This document shows positions 10,673-19,439 of a stretch of 64,000 nucleotides of DNA, one piece after another (the stretch's first letter is position 1; every line of letters begins with the position of its first letter). Under the pieces are notes generated by a model that searched no databases, had not been told where the DNA came from, and was given only the letters and a program-made list of their open reading frames with translations. The stretch lies in contig CAWBAT010000005.1 of assembly GCA_963786955.1 (NCBI GenBank), positions 128,001 to 192,000 on the forward strand. Direction: 5' to 3'. Position numbers and translations under genes: made by a program. The stretch comes from an uncultured Acidimicrobiia bacterium. GTDB taxonomy: Bacteria > Acidobacteriota > Terriglobia > Versatilivoradales > Versatilivoraceae.

Positions 10673-11631
10673 GCGAATCGCACGACCCCGTTGAAATTAA
10701 CCCGATCTGGGAATCGCTGCAGAGAGCGGATTTGAGCGGTTCAAGACCCACTTCCCCCCTCAGACAGGCTCTCGTGGATCTCGAGGAAGAACGCGTATTC
10801 CAAATGCGTAGACTCTTTGAGCGAGTGCGGACTGGAGCTCACGTATGGAATGCACAATTCGACCGGCTTCTCCCCTTTTACTTTCGGAGGCTCTCCATTA
10901 TGCACTGGACCCCGGTCCATGTAGCCCGTCGGGCTGCTCAGCTTCTGGTGACCGGTCCCAAAACCCGGGTACTGGATGTGGGATCAGGCCCTGGCAAATT
11001 CTGTCTGGTTGGCGCGATGGCCACCCTCGGACATTTCACCGGGGTGGAGCAAAGGCCCCACCTGGTGGAATTCTCAAGGAGTTTTGCACGAAAGTATGCC
11101 ATTCCCCGGGTCCACTTTTTGCGTGCTAATGCCGAGGACCTGAATTGGAGCCGCTATAACGCCTTCTACTTCTACAATCCGTTCTACGAGAACCTGGACC
11201 CCGACAAGAAAATCGACGAACGTGTGGAGTTGAGTCCCGCTTTGTATAACCAGTACATCAGGATGGCTCAAGAGCGGCTGGCGGAAGCGCCCTCCGGGAC
11301 GCGAGTGGTTACCTTCCACGGGATGGGAGGAGAGATGCCCGACGGGTACGAGCGAGTTTTGCAGGAGTTCCAGGATACGGGATTTCTCGAGCTGTGGATC
11401 AGGAACCCCAGTCCGAAAGTGCTAATTTCCTTTCAGAGAATTTCACCACGACGCGAAGGCTTGCAAGCACCGTGTTGCACCAATCCCGGTGGGGCGAGCG
11501 CAGAAAACCGGCTCTTGGTTTCCTTCCGCGACTCGACGAGGAGCACAACTCCTGCTTCTAAAGGCTCAGCCCTCTGTTCAACATCCCAAAATCCTTGCCT
11601 GGAGCTACCGACGTCATGTTTAAGATTCTAA
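10669..11631 (+). CDS. Class I SAM-dependent methyltransferase
   Basis: HWTPVHVARRAA, VLDVGSGPGKF, FTGVEQR, FYFYNPF; ATG overlaps the hyfG stop (ATGA). Confidence 0.85.
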   Translation: MSESHDPVEINPIWESLQRADLSGSRPTSPLRQALVDLEEERVFQMRRLFERVRTGAHVWNAQFDRLLPFYFRRLSIMHWTPVHVARRAAQLLVTGPKTRVLDVGSGPGKFCLVGAMATLGHFTGVEQRPHLVEFSRSFARKYAIPRVHFLRANAEDLNWSRYNAFYFYNPFYENLDPDKKIDERVELSPALYNQYIRMAQERLAEAPSGTRVVTFHGMGGEMPDGYERVLQEFQDTGFLELWIRNPSPKVLISFQRISPRREGLQAPCCTNPGGASAENRLLVSFRDSTRSTTPASKGSALCSTSQNPCLELPTSCLRF

Positions 11632-12488
11632 ACCAAGCTTTTGCAACCGGGATTGTTACGACCGATTATCCGGCCCGCCCCATGGAACCTATCCCCAACC
11701 TTAGGGGTAGACCAGTGATCGATTTCGAGAGAACTGTAGATTGTCTGCCAGCCGCCCTTGTTTGTCCTACAGGTGCACTCACCGTCGAGGACAAACTAGA
11801 CAACCGGAAGGTGACACTCGATTACGGGCGCTGCATCTTCTGCGGCCTGTGTGCTGAAGCCTCTGCCGACAGCAAGATTCGCCTCACGGGAGAAATCGAG
11901 CTGGCTGTCCAACAACGCTCTCACCTCGTCTCCGCGGCTTATTACCGGCTGGATGCAGCCGGGAAGCAGCATTTCCTCAAGATGGCACTGCCCAGTGGGC
12001 AGCCCTGCGAAGCAGAAGAGGCGGTCAAAGAACAGTTGCGAGAGAAGATCAGCCGCGTGTTAGGCCGTTCGCTGCAGATTCGGGAAGTGGATGCAGGCTC
12101 CTGCAATGGCTGCGAGGTGGAAATTACAGGCCTCAATAGCCCGATCTATGATGCTGAACGACTAGGAATCCGATTTGTGGCTTCTCCACGCCATGCGGAT
12201 CTGCTGCTGGTGACGGGACCGGTCACGCGTAATATGGAGATCCCACTCAAGAAGGCCTACAACGCCACACCAGAACCGCGTCTGGTGGTGGCTGTGGGGG
12301 CCTGTGGCTGCAGTGGAGGGATCTTCGGCTGCAACTATGCGTCACTGGGGAGTGTAGACCGGGTAATTCCGGTCGATGTCTACATTCCAGGTTGTCCACC
12401 ACCGCCGCAGGCATTGCTGCATGGCATTTTACTGGCAGTGGGCCGCTTTCAAGAAAAACTCAAAACGCCGGTTCGTTTAGCTGATTGA
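11616..12488 (+). CDS. hyfI: Fused ferredoxin (HycF/NuoI-like) plus small subunit (HyfI/HycG/NuoB-like)
   Basis: CIFCGLC ferredoxin motif; DAGSCNGCE, ASPRHAD, VGACGCSGG, IPGCPP. Confidence 0.9.
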   Translation: MFKILNQAFATGIVTTDYPARPMEPIPNLRGRPVIDFERTVDCLPAALVCPTGALTVEDKLDNRKVTLDYGRCIFCGLCAEASADSKIRLTGEIELAVQQRSHLVSAAYYRLDAAGKQHFLKMALPSGQPCEAEEAVKEQLREKISRVLGRSLQIREVDAGSCNGCEVEITGLNSPIYDAERLGIRFVASPRHADLLLVTGPVTRNMEIPLKKAYNATPEPRLVVAVGACGCSGGIFGCNYASLGSVDRVIPVDVYIPGCPPPPQALLHGILLAVGRFQEKLKTPVRLAD

Positions 12489-12549
12489 CACATCACAAGG
12501 GTAGGCCTGCATGCCTGTTTTTACCGAATGAAAAGGGAAGGACAAAGCA

Positions 12550-12807
12550 ATGGCACAAACAAAGAAAAGAAAGTTGGATCATATGATCAATAAACTGGCC
12601 AATCCGGCACCCGCGTCGAGCGTTTCGGTTGGGGGTGTAGCAGTAATGCATAACAAGAGCAGTCAACCCGAGCGAGTACTGATTCGGGCAGGATATTGCT
12701 CGGGATGCAATATGAGAATTCCTTCACGGCTGCTTCAGCGAGCTTTGGCCGGCACGACCATTCAATGTGAACAGTGCTCCCGTCGCCTCTATGTCGAGGG
12801 GGACTAA
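12550..12807 (+). CDS. Small C4 zinc-ribbon protein (zf-RING_7-like)
   Basis: GYCSGCNMRIP...IQCEQCSRRLY; GAAGGA RBS upstream. Confidence 0.7.
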   Translation: MAQTKKRKLDHMINKLANPAPASSVSVGGVAVMHNKSSQPERVLIRAGYCSGCNMRIPSRLLQRALAGTTIQCEQCSRRLYVEGD

Positions 12808-13055
12808 CGGCGAGTTCATAGGTCACTTAACCGTGATTGAACACGTAAGCTTAATGGGAATCTAAAGCGGGTACGACGAGCGCAAGGTATGGCGTGAGGT
12901 ACCTCGACTTGAATGTGCCTCCAACGCGACTGGCGGATTGGCGCGGATCAACTCCGCGCCATGGTTTTAATGAATGAATGGGAAACTGTGCAAGAGGAGT
13001 AAAAGCTCAGGATCTTCTGCTAGAAAGGTGGGGGCGGCTGCAGAAAAAGGCAAGC

Positions 13056-13580
13056 CTAGATGAACAATTCCTCATCCTGATGGACTTCGTCGACGTGGTT
13101 TTTTCTCTTTGAAAAAAGAAACTGCATGCCACTGGAGATTCCAGCAATCAAGGCTGAGAGTTCTCGAACGGGGGTAAGAACGCTCTGTTGAATGACTTCG
13201 GTTGTCGCTTGCATGCGATCCACAGCATCCGAAACGACTTCATCCACCTTGGCAATCTGAAGCCGGGCCCGATCGGTAGTGTCCTCGATGACATCATTGA
13301 CCCGCTGGACTTGAACCTTTACTGTTTCACTGACCTGGGCAAAGTTATCTGCAATGACTTGAACACCAACGAGAACCTTCTTGGTTTCCCCTAAAACTTG
13401 TCTAAAGTCATCAATCGCCGGTTCAACTCTCGTTTCCATATTATTTCGCATGCGATCTATATTCGTCGTAAGCCGGCGAACAGACAGGAGGATCCCTATC
13501 AGCACAAGCACCTGTGTCACGAGAATGATGCACGTGACAATGACAATAAAATCAACCAGACGTTCCACAATAGACTCCAA
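13056..13580 (-). CDS. Membrane-anchored coiled-coil protein (DUF948/YtxG-like)
   Basis: N-terminal TM helix, long helical body, adjacent to YtxH. Confidence 0.65.
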   Translation of the reverse strand: MESIVERLVDFIVIVTCIILVTQVLVLIGILLSVRRLTTNIDRMRNNMETRVEPAIDDFRQVLGETKKVLVGVQVIADNFAQVSETVKVQVQRVNDVIEDTTDRARLQIAKVDEVVSDAVDRMQATTEVIQQSVLTPVRELSALIAGISSGMQFLFSKRKNHVDEVHQDEELFI

Positions 13581-13669
13581 TATTCAAAATCAAGAAAGAT
13601 CAAGAACCAAGGAGGGAAACGGCTTAATTATGCAAAAACAATGAGTCCAGTCGAGAGAGCCCCGAAATC

Positions 13670-13981
13670 CTACTCGGGGCCCACTTGGGATTTAGCCTTC
13701 TCTTCACGATAGGCCTGCTTACCGGCCTCGATCGCAGCCGCCATTTGCTCTCGCTGCGTGCTGACGACTTCTTTGCCCTTTTCAATATAGGTCGAGACCT
13801 TTTCACCCACATTGCGACTGGTCGATAAAACACGCTCCCTGCTTTCAGACGCTCTCTGGGAAATGATCTCCCGGGTTTCGCGCCCCGAACGGGGAGCAAA
13901 CAACAATGCAATGATTGCCCCAATTCCCCCGCCTACCAGAAAAAAGGAAAGCTTCGAAAGACGATCACTTCCATCGCTCAT
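13670..13981 (-). CDS. YtxH domain protein
   Basis: FLVGGGIGAIIALLFAPRSGRETRE. Confidence 0.9.
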   Translation of the reverse strand: MSDGSDRLSKLSFFLVGGGIGAIIALLFAPRSGRETREIISQRASESRERVLSTSRNVGEKVSTYIEKGKEVVSTQREQMAAAIEAGKQAYREEKAKSQVGPE

Positions 13982-14206
13982 CGTCTATACCTCCGTGATA
14001 GATTTACTTTCAACAACTTACGATTCCAATACTGATGCTAACATATCTGCCTCGTCATCACAAATTGATTAGAAAGCACCCCCCTGATCCCAAGTTCGAC
14101 ATAAATGGATCCATAAAGTCGAGCGGTTCTCTCTAGTGGTAGCGAATCGAAACAAACCTCTTCGGGAAAGCCATTCAAGCTGCAACCCTTTGAATGGGAC
14201 TTGCTA

Positions 14207-16027
14207 TTACGGGTGAAAATAATCGAAAACTTTCTTAGCGGTTTTCGCTGACAGCACTTCTGAAATCTCTTCGAAGGAACGGGCCCGCACGTTTTTCAAG
14301 CTACCGAATTCCCGGAGTAACACCTTGGAAGTCTTTTCTCCAACGCCGGGAATCTTCAACAAGTCGGTTGTCAGAGTACGTTTTGTCCTCCTCAGTCGAT
14401 GGAAAGTCACTGCAAATCGGTGGGTTTCATCCCGGATTTGCTGGATGAGATGAAGGGCTGGAGAGTGTTTTTCGAGGATTAAAGGGTCTTCTTCGCTTCC
14501 ACGGATGTAAATAATCTCTTCCCGTTTAGCAATACTGGCCAGGGGCTGGGTGGGTAAATCCAATTCCTCCAGAGCCGCGGCGGCGGCGTGCAACTGGCCG
14601 ATCCCCCCGTCCACAAGGATTAGGTCTGGCAAGGCCTTTCCTTCCTCTCGCAGTCGCCGATAACGCCGTGAGACGACTTCTCGCATGCTCTTAAAATCAT
14701 CCGGCCCATCCACCGTCTTGATGATGAACTTGCGGTAGTCACTCTTCTTCATCTTTCCTTCTTCCCAAACCACCATGGATGCGACCGAGTCCGTGCCTTG
14801 GATATTGGAGATATCGAAACATTCGATCCTCTGCGGGGGGAATTCCAATCCCAATAGATTCGCTACATTTTCAGCAATCATGTGAGCGGAAGGTTGCCGC
14901 ACACGAAAGCGTTGGTCATAGGAAATTCGGGCATTTTTCACGACCAGCTCAACCAAATCCTTCTTGGAACCTCGCTGGGGAATATGAACCTCAACCCGGC
15001 GCCCGCTGCGGTTTTTCAGAAAATCTTCGAGCAATGCCCTATCTTCAAAATCCACCGGAACAAAGATTTCATCGGGCGTGAATTCAGTATTGGAAAAATA
15101 ATACTGCTTCAAAAATGATGAAAGTGTTTCTTCGCCGCCCATGCTACTCGGCAGGCTTTCCCAGAAGTATTCTCGGCGGTCAACCACTTGGCCTCCGCGT
15201 AAATGGAAGAGCTGCGCCGCGGCACGACCGTCCTCAGAGTGAAGCGCAAAAATATCCACGTTCCTGACGCGATGGGAGGAAATGCGCTGGGTCTCGGAGA
15301 GTTGGCCAATGGTTCGAATGGTATCCCTCAAGTGGGCAGCCGTTTCAAACCGTTCGCCTTCCGCTGCCAAACGCATTTTTTCCCGTAGTCGCTTAACCAG
15401 ATCTGTTCGCTCCCCTTCCATGAAAAGTTTTAAGTCCTGGATTCGGCTCGCATACTCCTCTTGACTACAGACGGTAGCCACGCAAGGCCCCATACATCGT
15501 TTGATGTGATAGTCCAGACAGACTCGCGGCCGGTTTCCATCCACGTCGATCGAACAGGTTCGAATCTGGAAATGGCGGCAAATCAGCTTCAAAGTTCGAT
15601 AGGCCAATCCGGCTGGGAAGTAAGGCCCAAAGTAAAGGGCTCCATCCTTTTTCAAACGGCGCGTTACCAAAATGCGCGGATATTCCTCATTGACCGTTAG
15701 CTTAATATACGGATACGTCTTATCATCACGAAGCAGGATGTTATACTTTGGCCTGTGTTTCTTAATGAGATTATTTTCCAGAGCCAGCGCCTCCATTTCA
15801 TTGGCGACAACGATAAAATCGACATCTGCAATTTCGGCTCTGAGATAGTCAAGCTTGAAATCGGTCTGGCGCGATTCCTGGAAATAAGATCGAACCCTGT
15901 GATGAAGCGACTTGGCCTTCCCCACGTAAATGATTTTACTATTAACGTCCCGATACAGATAAACTCCAGGTTCATCCGGGATATTGGCTAATTTCTCACT
16001 CAAGTTCCTTTTTGTTCCTTCACCCAT
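14207..16027 (-). CDS. uvrC: Excinuclease ABC subunit C
   Basis: GIY-YIG (PGVYLY..IIYVGKAK), RIECFDISN, PDLILVDGG, IRDETHRFA, HhH IPGVG; start 16027 or 16045. Confidence 0.97.
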   Translation of the reverse strand: MGEGTKRNLSEKLANIPDEPGVYLYRDVNSKIIYVGKAKSLHHRVRSYFQESRQTDFKLDYLRAEIADVDFIVVANEMEALALENNLIKKHRPKYNILLRDDKTYPYIKLTVNEEYPRILVTRRLKKDGALYFGPYFPAGLAYRTLKLICRHFQIRTCSIDVDGNRPRVCLDYHIKRCMGPCVATVCSQEEYASRIQDLKLFMEGERTDLVKRLREKMRLAAEGERFETAAHLRDTIRTIGQLSETQRISSHRVRNVDIFALHSEDGRAAAQLFHLRGGQVVDRREYFWESLPSSMGGEETLSSFLKQYYFSNTEFTPDEIFVPVDFEDRALLEDFLKNRSGRRVEVHIPQRGSKKDLVELVVKNARISYDQRFRVRQPSAHMIAENVANLLGLEFPPQRIECFDISNIQGTDSVASMVVWEEGKMKKSDYRKFIIKTVDGPDDFKSMREVVSRRYRRLREEGKALPDLILVDGGIGQLHAAAAALEELDLPTQPLASIAKREEIIYIRGSEEDPLILEKHSPALHLIQQIRDETHRFAVTFHRLRRTKRTLTTDLLKIPGVGEKTSKVLLREFGSLKNVRARSFEEISEVLSAKTAKKVFDYFHP

Positions 16028-16056
16028 ATGTAAAGAATATTCCATCCGTCAACCAC

Positions 16057-16977
16057 ATGAAAAGACCATTATTTGTCGGGGCTTCGGTTTCTATTTCCGT
16101 CAGAATCTTGTTGGGAATTTCACTCTGGTTCCTGATGCTAAAGACTCAAACCCAAGCCCAGTATGGGCCCCTCACTGGGATCAAGCTGCTGCCTGAAAAT
16201 ATTCATTTTGTAGGGAACCGCGCGATGACTTCAGACGACCTTCGCGCCATTTTCCACAGTGCGGGGACCGTGACGGCAAACATTTCTGCAGCTCAAATGG
16301 ACATTTATGACACGAACCGAATAAATCATGCCATCGAAATGATCCAGATGTTTTATCGGAATAGGGGTTTTGTCAAGGTGATGATCGAGCTGCCTGAATT
16401 CAGTTTTCTTTCCGGTGCCTTCGGCGGAAAGTCTGACTCTGCCGCGGGAAAGATGGAGCTCGTCATCAAGATCAGTGAGAAGAACCTCTACCACCTCGGA
16501 CAAATTAAGGTGGAAGGTCTTAACGCTCTTCAGCAGAACCAAGTCATTGCCATGCTGAATCTTCAGCAAGATATGCCTATCAATTTTTCAAAGTTGAACG
16601 CCGGAACTCTGGCACTGCGTGAGACCTATTTGACACTTGGATATTTGGATGTCGCTATCCAGGCCAATCTGGACGCCCCTGATAACCGGTCTCTGGCTGA
16701 CCTCAAAATTAGTGTCGTCGAGGGCCGACAATATCATCTTGGAAAGATTGTTTTGGTCGGAGATTCCCCGATTCGAGAATCCCTCCTGAAAGAATCCCTC
16801 CCCTTTCAGCCTGGCGATGTTTTCGGAGAAAAGGCTTTTGTTGCCTGTCTCGAAACCCTCAATTCGTTGGGAACCACACCCGTGCTCACGGCAGATGATG
16901 TCAATTTCATCTATGATAAAGATAGAGGGATCGTGGATGTATCCATCTACCTGCAGGGGAAACCCAAAACAAAGTGA
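16057..16977 (+). CDS. Secreted POTRA-domain protein without a beta-barrel
   Basis: Signal peptide and about 3 POTRA repeats (IHFVGN..YRNRGF, IKVEG..YLTLGY, IVLVG). Confidence 0.75.
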   Translation: MKRPLFVGASVSISVRILLGISLWFLMLKTQTQAQYGPLTGIKLLPENIHFVGNRAMTSDDLRAIFHSAGTVTANISAAQMDIYDTNRINHAIEMIQMFYRNRGFVKVMIELPEFSFLSGAFGGKSDSAAGKMELVIKISEKNLYHLGQIKVEGLNALQQNQVIAMLNLQQDMPINFSKLNAGTLALRETYLTLGYLDVAIQANLDAPDNRSLADLKISVVEGRQYHLGKIVLVGDSPIRESLLKESLPFQPGDVFGEKAFVACLETLNSLGTTPVLTADDVNFIYDKDRGIVDVSIYLQGKPKTK

Positions 16978-16992
16978 TCCCAATGAATCATC

Positions 16993-17320
16993 GGCGCGCT
17001 GAAATGGCGCGACAACCCGGACGAGAGGTGTGTTGCACCCCTTCAGGGTGCCCTTTCGTGAGTGGCCCATGACCCAGGGCGCTGCTCCGGGCTTCGCCCT
17101 CCACTTTGCCCTGGACTATTTTCTCTTGCCCTTTCAGGGCAGCGGAAATATCCAATCTTCTGAGTCCCCGAAGGGGACCCATATCAATAGCTGTGGATCA
17201 TGCGCAGCAACGCGGAGCGAAACCCACGGTGCTCAAAAGGTTCTGCTTCCAACCTTGAAAGGGTTGAATCGCCACGAACGATCAGCCGACGCTTTCTGTT
17301 CGACCCTTTCAAGGGGAGCC
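16993..17320. repeat. Cluster of REP-like hairpins (CCCTGAAAGGG / CCCAGGG family)
   Basis: gcacccttcagggtgc, gccctttcagggc, ccccgaagggg, aaccttgaaagggtt, ccctttcaaggg, lying between convergent genes. Confidence 0.7.
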
Positions 17321-17368
17321 TTCTGGGGAGTGAAGAATTGCTGCCAAACAAGTATTAATGCGTCTGCA

Positions 17369-19249
17369 TTAGGTTTGGGCGAAAATTTGATCTTTGTATT
17401 GCAGTTGGAATAGTTTGTAATAGATCCCACGACGAGCCAGCAGTTCCTGATGACTTCCCATTTCTCTGACCTGACCTTTGTGCATGACAATGATCTTGTC
17501 AGAATTTTGGATGGTAGAGAGCCGGTGGGCAATGATGATCGAAGTTCTTCCCTTCATGAGCCGCGTAATGGCATCCCGAATTTTCAGCTCCGTTTCTGTA
17601 TCCACGCTGGAAGTAGCTTCATCAAGAATCAAATTCTTCGGGTCATGGGCCAAGGTGCGCGCAAAAGCAATCAGCTGTTTCTGTCCGGTTGAAAGCGTGC
17701 TGCCACGTTCCTTGACTTCTTCATAAATCCCTTCCTCCTTTTCTTCCACAAATTCGTGGAGATTAACATCCTGTGCCGCTCGATAGATCGCTTCCTCTGT
17801 AATCCATGGAGTCCCGAGACGAATATTACTGGCAATACTGCCCGAAAAGAGAAAAACGTCCTGCAAGACAAATCCGAAAGAGCTGCGTAGTTGTTTCAAA
17901 TCCATCTGTCGAATATCGACGCCATCGAAAAGGATTTGTCCTTTCTGGACCTCATAAAAGCGCATGAGCAAACTAGTGAGCGTCGTCTTCCCCGCGCCCG
18001 TATGCCCCACTATCGCCACGGATTGACCTGGCTCCACCTTGAAGGAGACATCTTTCAGGACCCAATCCCAGTCTTTGTCTTCATTGAGCTCCTCCGGCAT
18101 GGAGGCTGGCCCCTGCCTGAGAGTTGCCGTTGCTTGCCTCAATTCTGCAGAAGAGTGGTCAGGAAGCCGATTGTAAGCAAACCAAACGTTGCGAAATTCG
18201 ATTTCCCCCTTGATCTGCTTGAGGTAAATGGGTTGATTAGGCTGTTTGATGTCCACCGGAACATCCAGCAGCTTAAAGATTCGCTCCGAACTCGCCATAG
18301 CCGCCTGCAGGATATTGTATTTCTCACTCAAGTCCGCGATAGGACGAAAGAACTTTTCCGAATATTGGATAAAGGCAACCAGTGCGCCAAAGCTGAGCTC
18401 CCGGTGGAGGACTTGTCCGCCGCCGTACCAGATGATTAAAGCGACTGCCACGGCACTGACAATTTCGACAGCCGGATAAAACAACGAATAAGCCAAGACT
18501 GAATCCATGTTGGCGTCAAGATGCAACCGGTTAATTCCTTCAAATTGTTGAAAGCTGCTTTGCTCGTGATGGAATAGCTGAACCACCGTCATGCCGGTAA
18601 GGTGCTCTTGAAGAAACGCGTTAATCCGGGCTATCGCCGTACGCACGCGGCGATAGGAATCGCGAGCCTTAATCTTGAAGACAACGGTAATGAGAGCAAT
18701 AATCGGAATGACCGACATAGCCACCAAGGCTAGTTTGACATTCAACCAGAATATGATGACTAGGATCCCGAACAAAACCAACACATCTCCCAGCAGGGTG
18801 ACCACTCCAGAAGTAAACAATTCATTTAAGACATCGACATCCGTCGTGACTCGAGTCATCAGCCGTCCTACTGGGTTCCTATCGTAAAACGCCAGTGGCA
18901 AGTCCTGAAGATGAGAGAAAATCTGGACACGGAGGTCATACATGATTTTTTGCCCCGTGAGTTGCATGAGGTACGTCTGGATGTAACCCAGAAAAAAGCC
19001 GAAAACAATGATTGCCAGGTAGATCAAAACGATCTTGTTAAGCCCGGCCATGTCCTTCTTCACAATGTAATTATCGATTCCAATTTTCGTGAGGTAGGGA
19101 CTACTGACTTGCAAGACTGAGGCAACTGCAATCAGCCCCATGGCAGCCAGCACGTTGATCCGGTAAGGCCGCAGATAGCTCAGCAATCGACGCATCAAGC
19201 GTGCATCGTAAGTTCGATCAATGGCTTCTTCTTCCTGGTATGGGCTCAT
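17369..19249 (-). CDS. ABC exporter TMD+NBD (heterodimer subunit with consensus Walker B)
   Basis: GHTGAGKTT, degenerate signature LSTGQKQ, LILDEATS, AHRLST. Confidence 0.93.
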   Translation of the reverse strand: MSPYQEEEAIDRTYDARLMRRLLSYLRPYRINVLAAMGLIAVASVLQVSSPYLTKIGIDNYIVKKDMAGLNKIVLIYLAIIVFGFFLGYIQTYLMQLTGQKIMYDLRVQIFSHLQDLPLAFYDRNPVGRLMTRVTTDVDVLNELFTSGVVTLLGDVLVLFGILVIIFWLNVKLALVAMSVIPIIALITVVFKIKARDSYRRVRTAIARINAFLQEHLTGMTVVQLFHHEQSSFQQFEGINRLHLDANMDSVLAYSLFYPAVEIVSAVAVALIIWYGGGQVLHRELSFGALVAFIQYSEKFFRPIADLSEKYNILQAAMASSERIFKLLDVPVDIKQPNQPIYLKQIKGEIEFRNVWFAYNRLPDHSSAELRQATATLRQGPASMPEELNEDKDWDWVLKDVSFKVEPGQSVAIVGHTGAGKTTLTSLLMRFYEVQKGQILFDGVDIRQMDLKQLRSSFGFVLQDVFLFSGSIASNIRLGTPWITEEAIYRAAQDVNLHEFVEEKEEGIYEEVKERGSTLSTGQKQLIAFARTLAHDPKNLILDEATSSVDTETELKIRDAITRLMKGRTSIIIAHRLSTIQNSDKIIVMHKGQVREMGSHQELLARRGIYYKLFQLQYKDQIFAQT

Positions 19250-19439
19250 AAACCGATTTTACGCTAAGAATTCCCCTCCTTGGTTAGGAGGGGGCGAGGG
19301 GGTGGTCGCAATCGTCAAAAACCCTTTCAACAATCTCACTCCACCGACAGAACCGCAGAGTCAAAAACGACTCTGCGCTACGAACTTCGGCAGATTCAAG
19401 GGGGGCGAAACCCTACGAGTGCCAACTAAACCCCTCAGC

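Noticed and set aside
16988-17532. Short ORFs over the REP cluster
   Set aside because: Translations of palindromic repeats without protein signatures.
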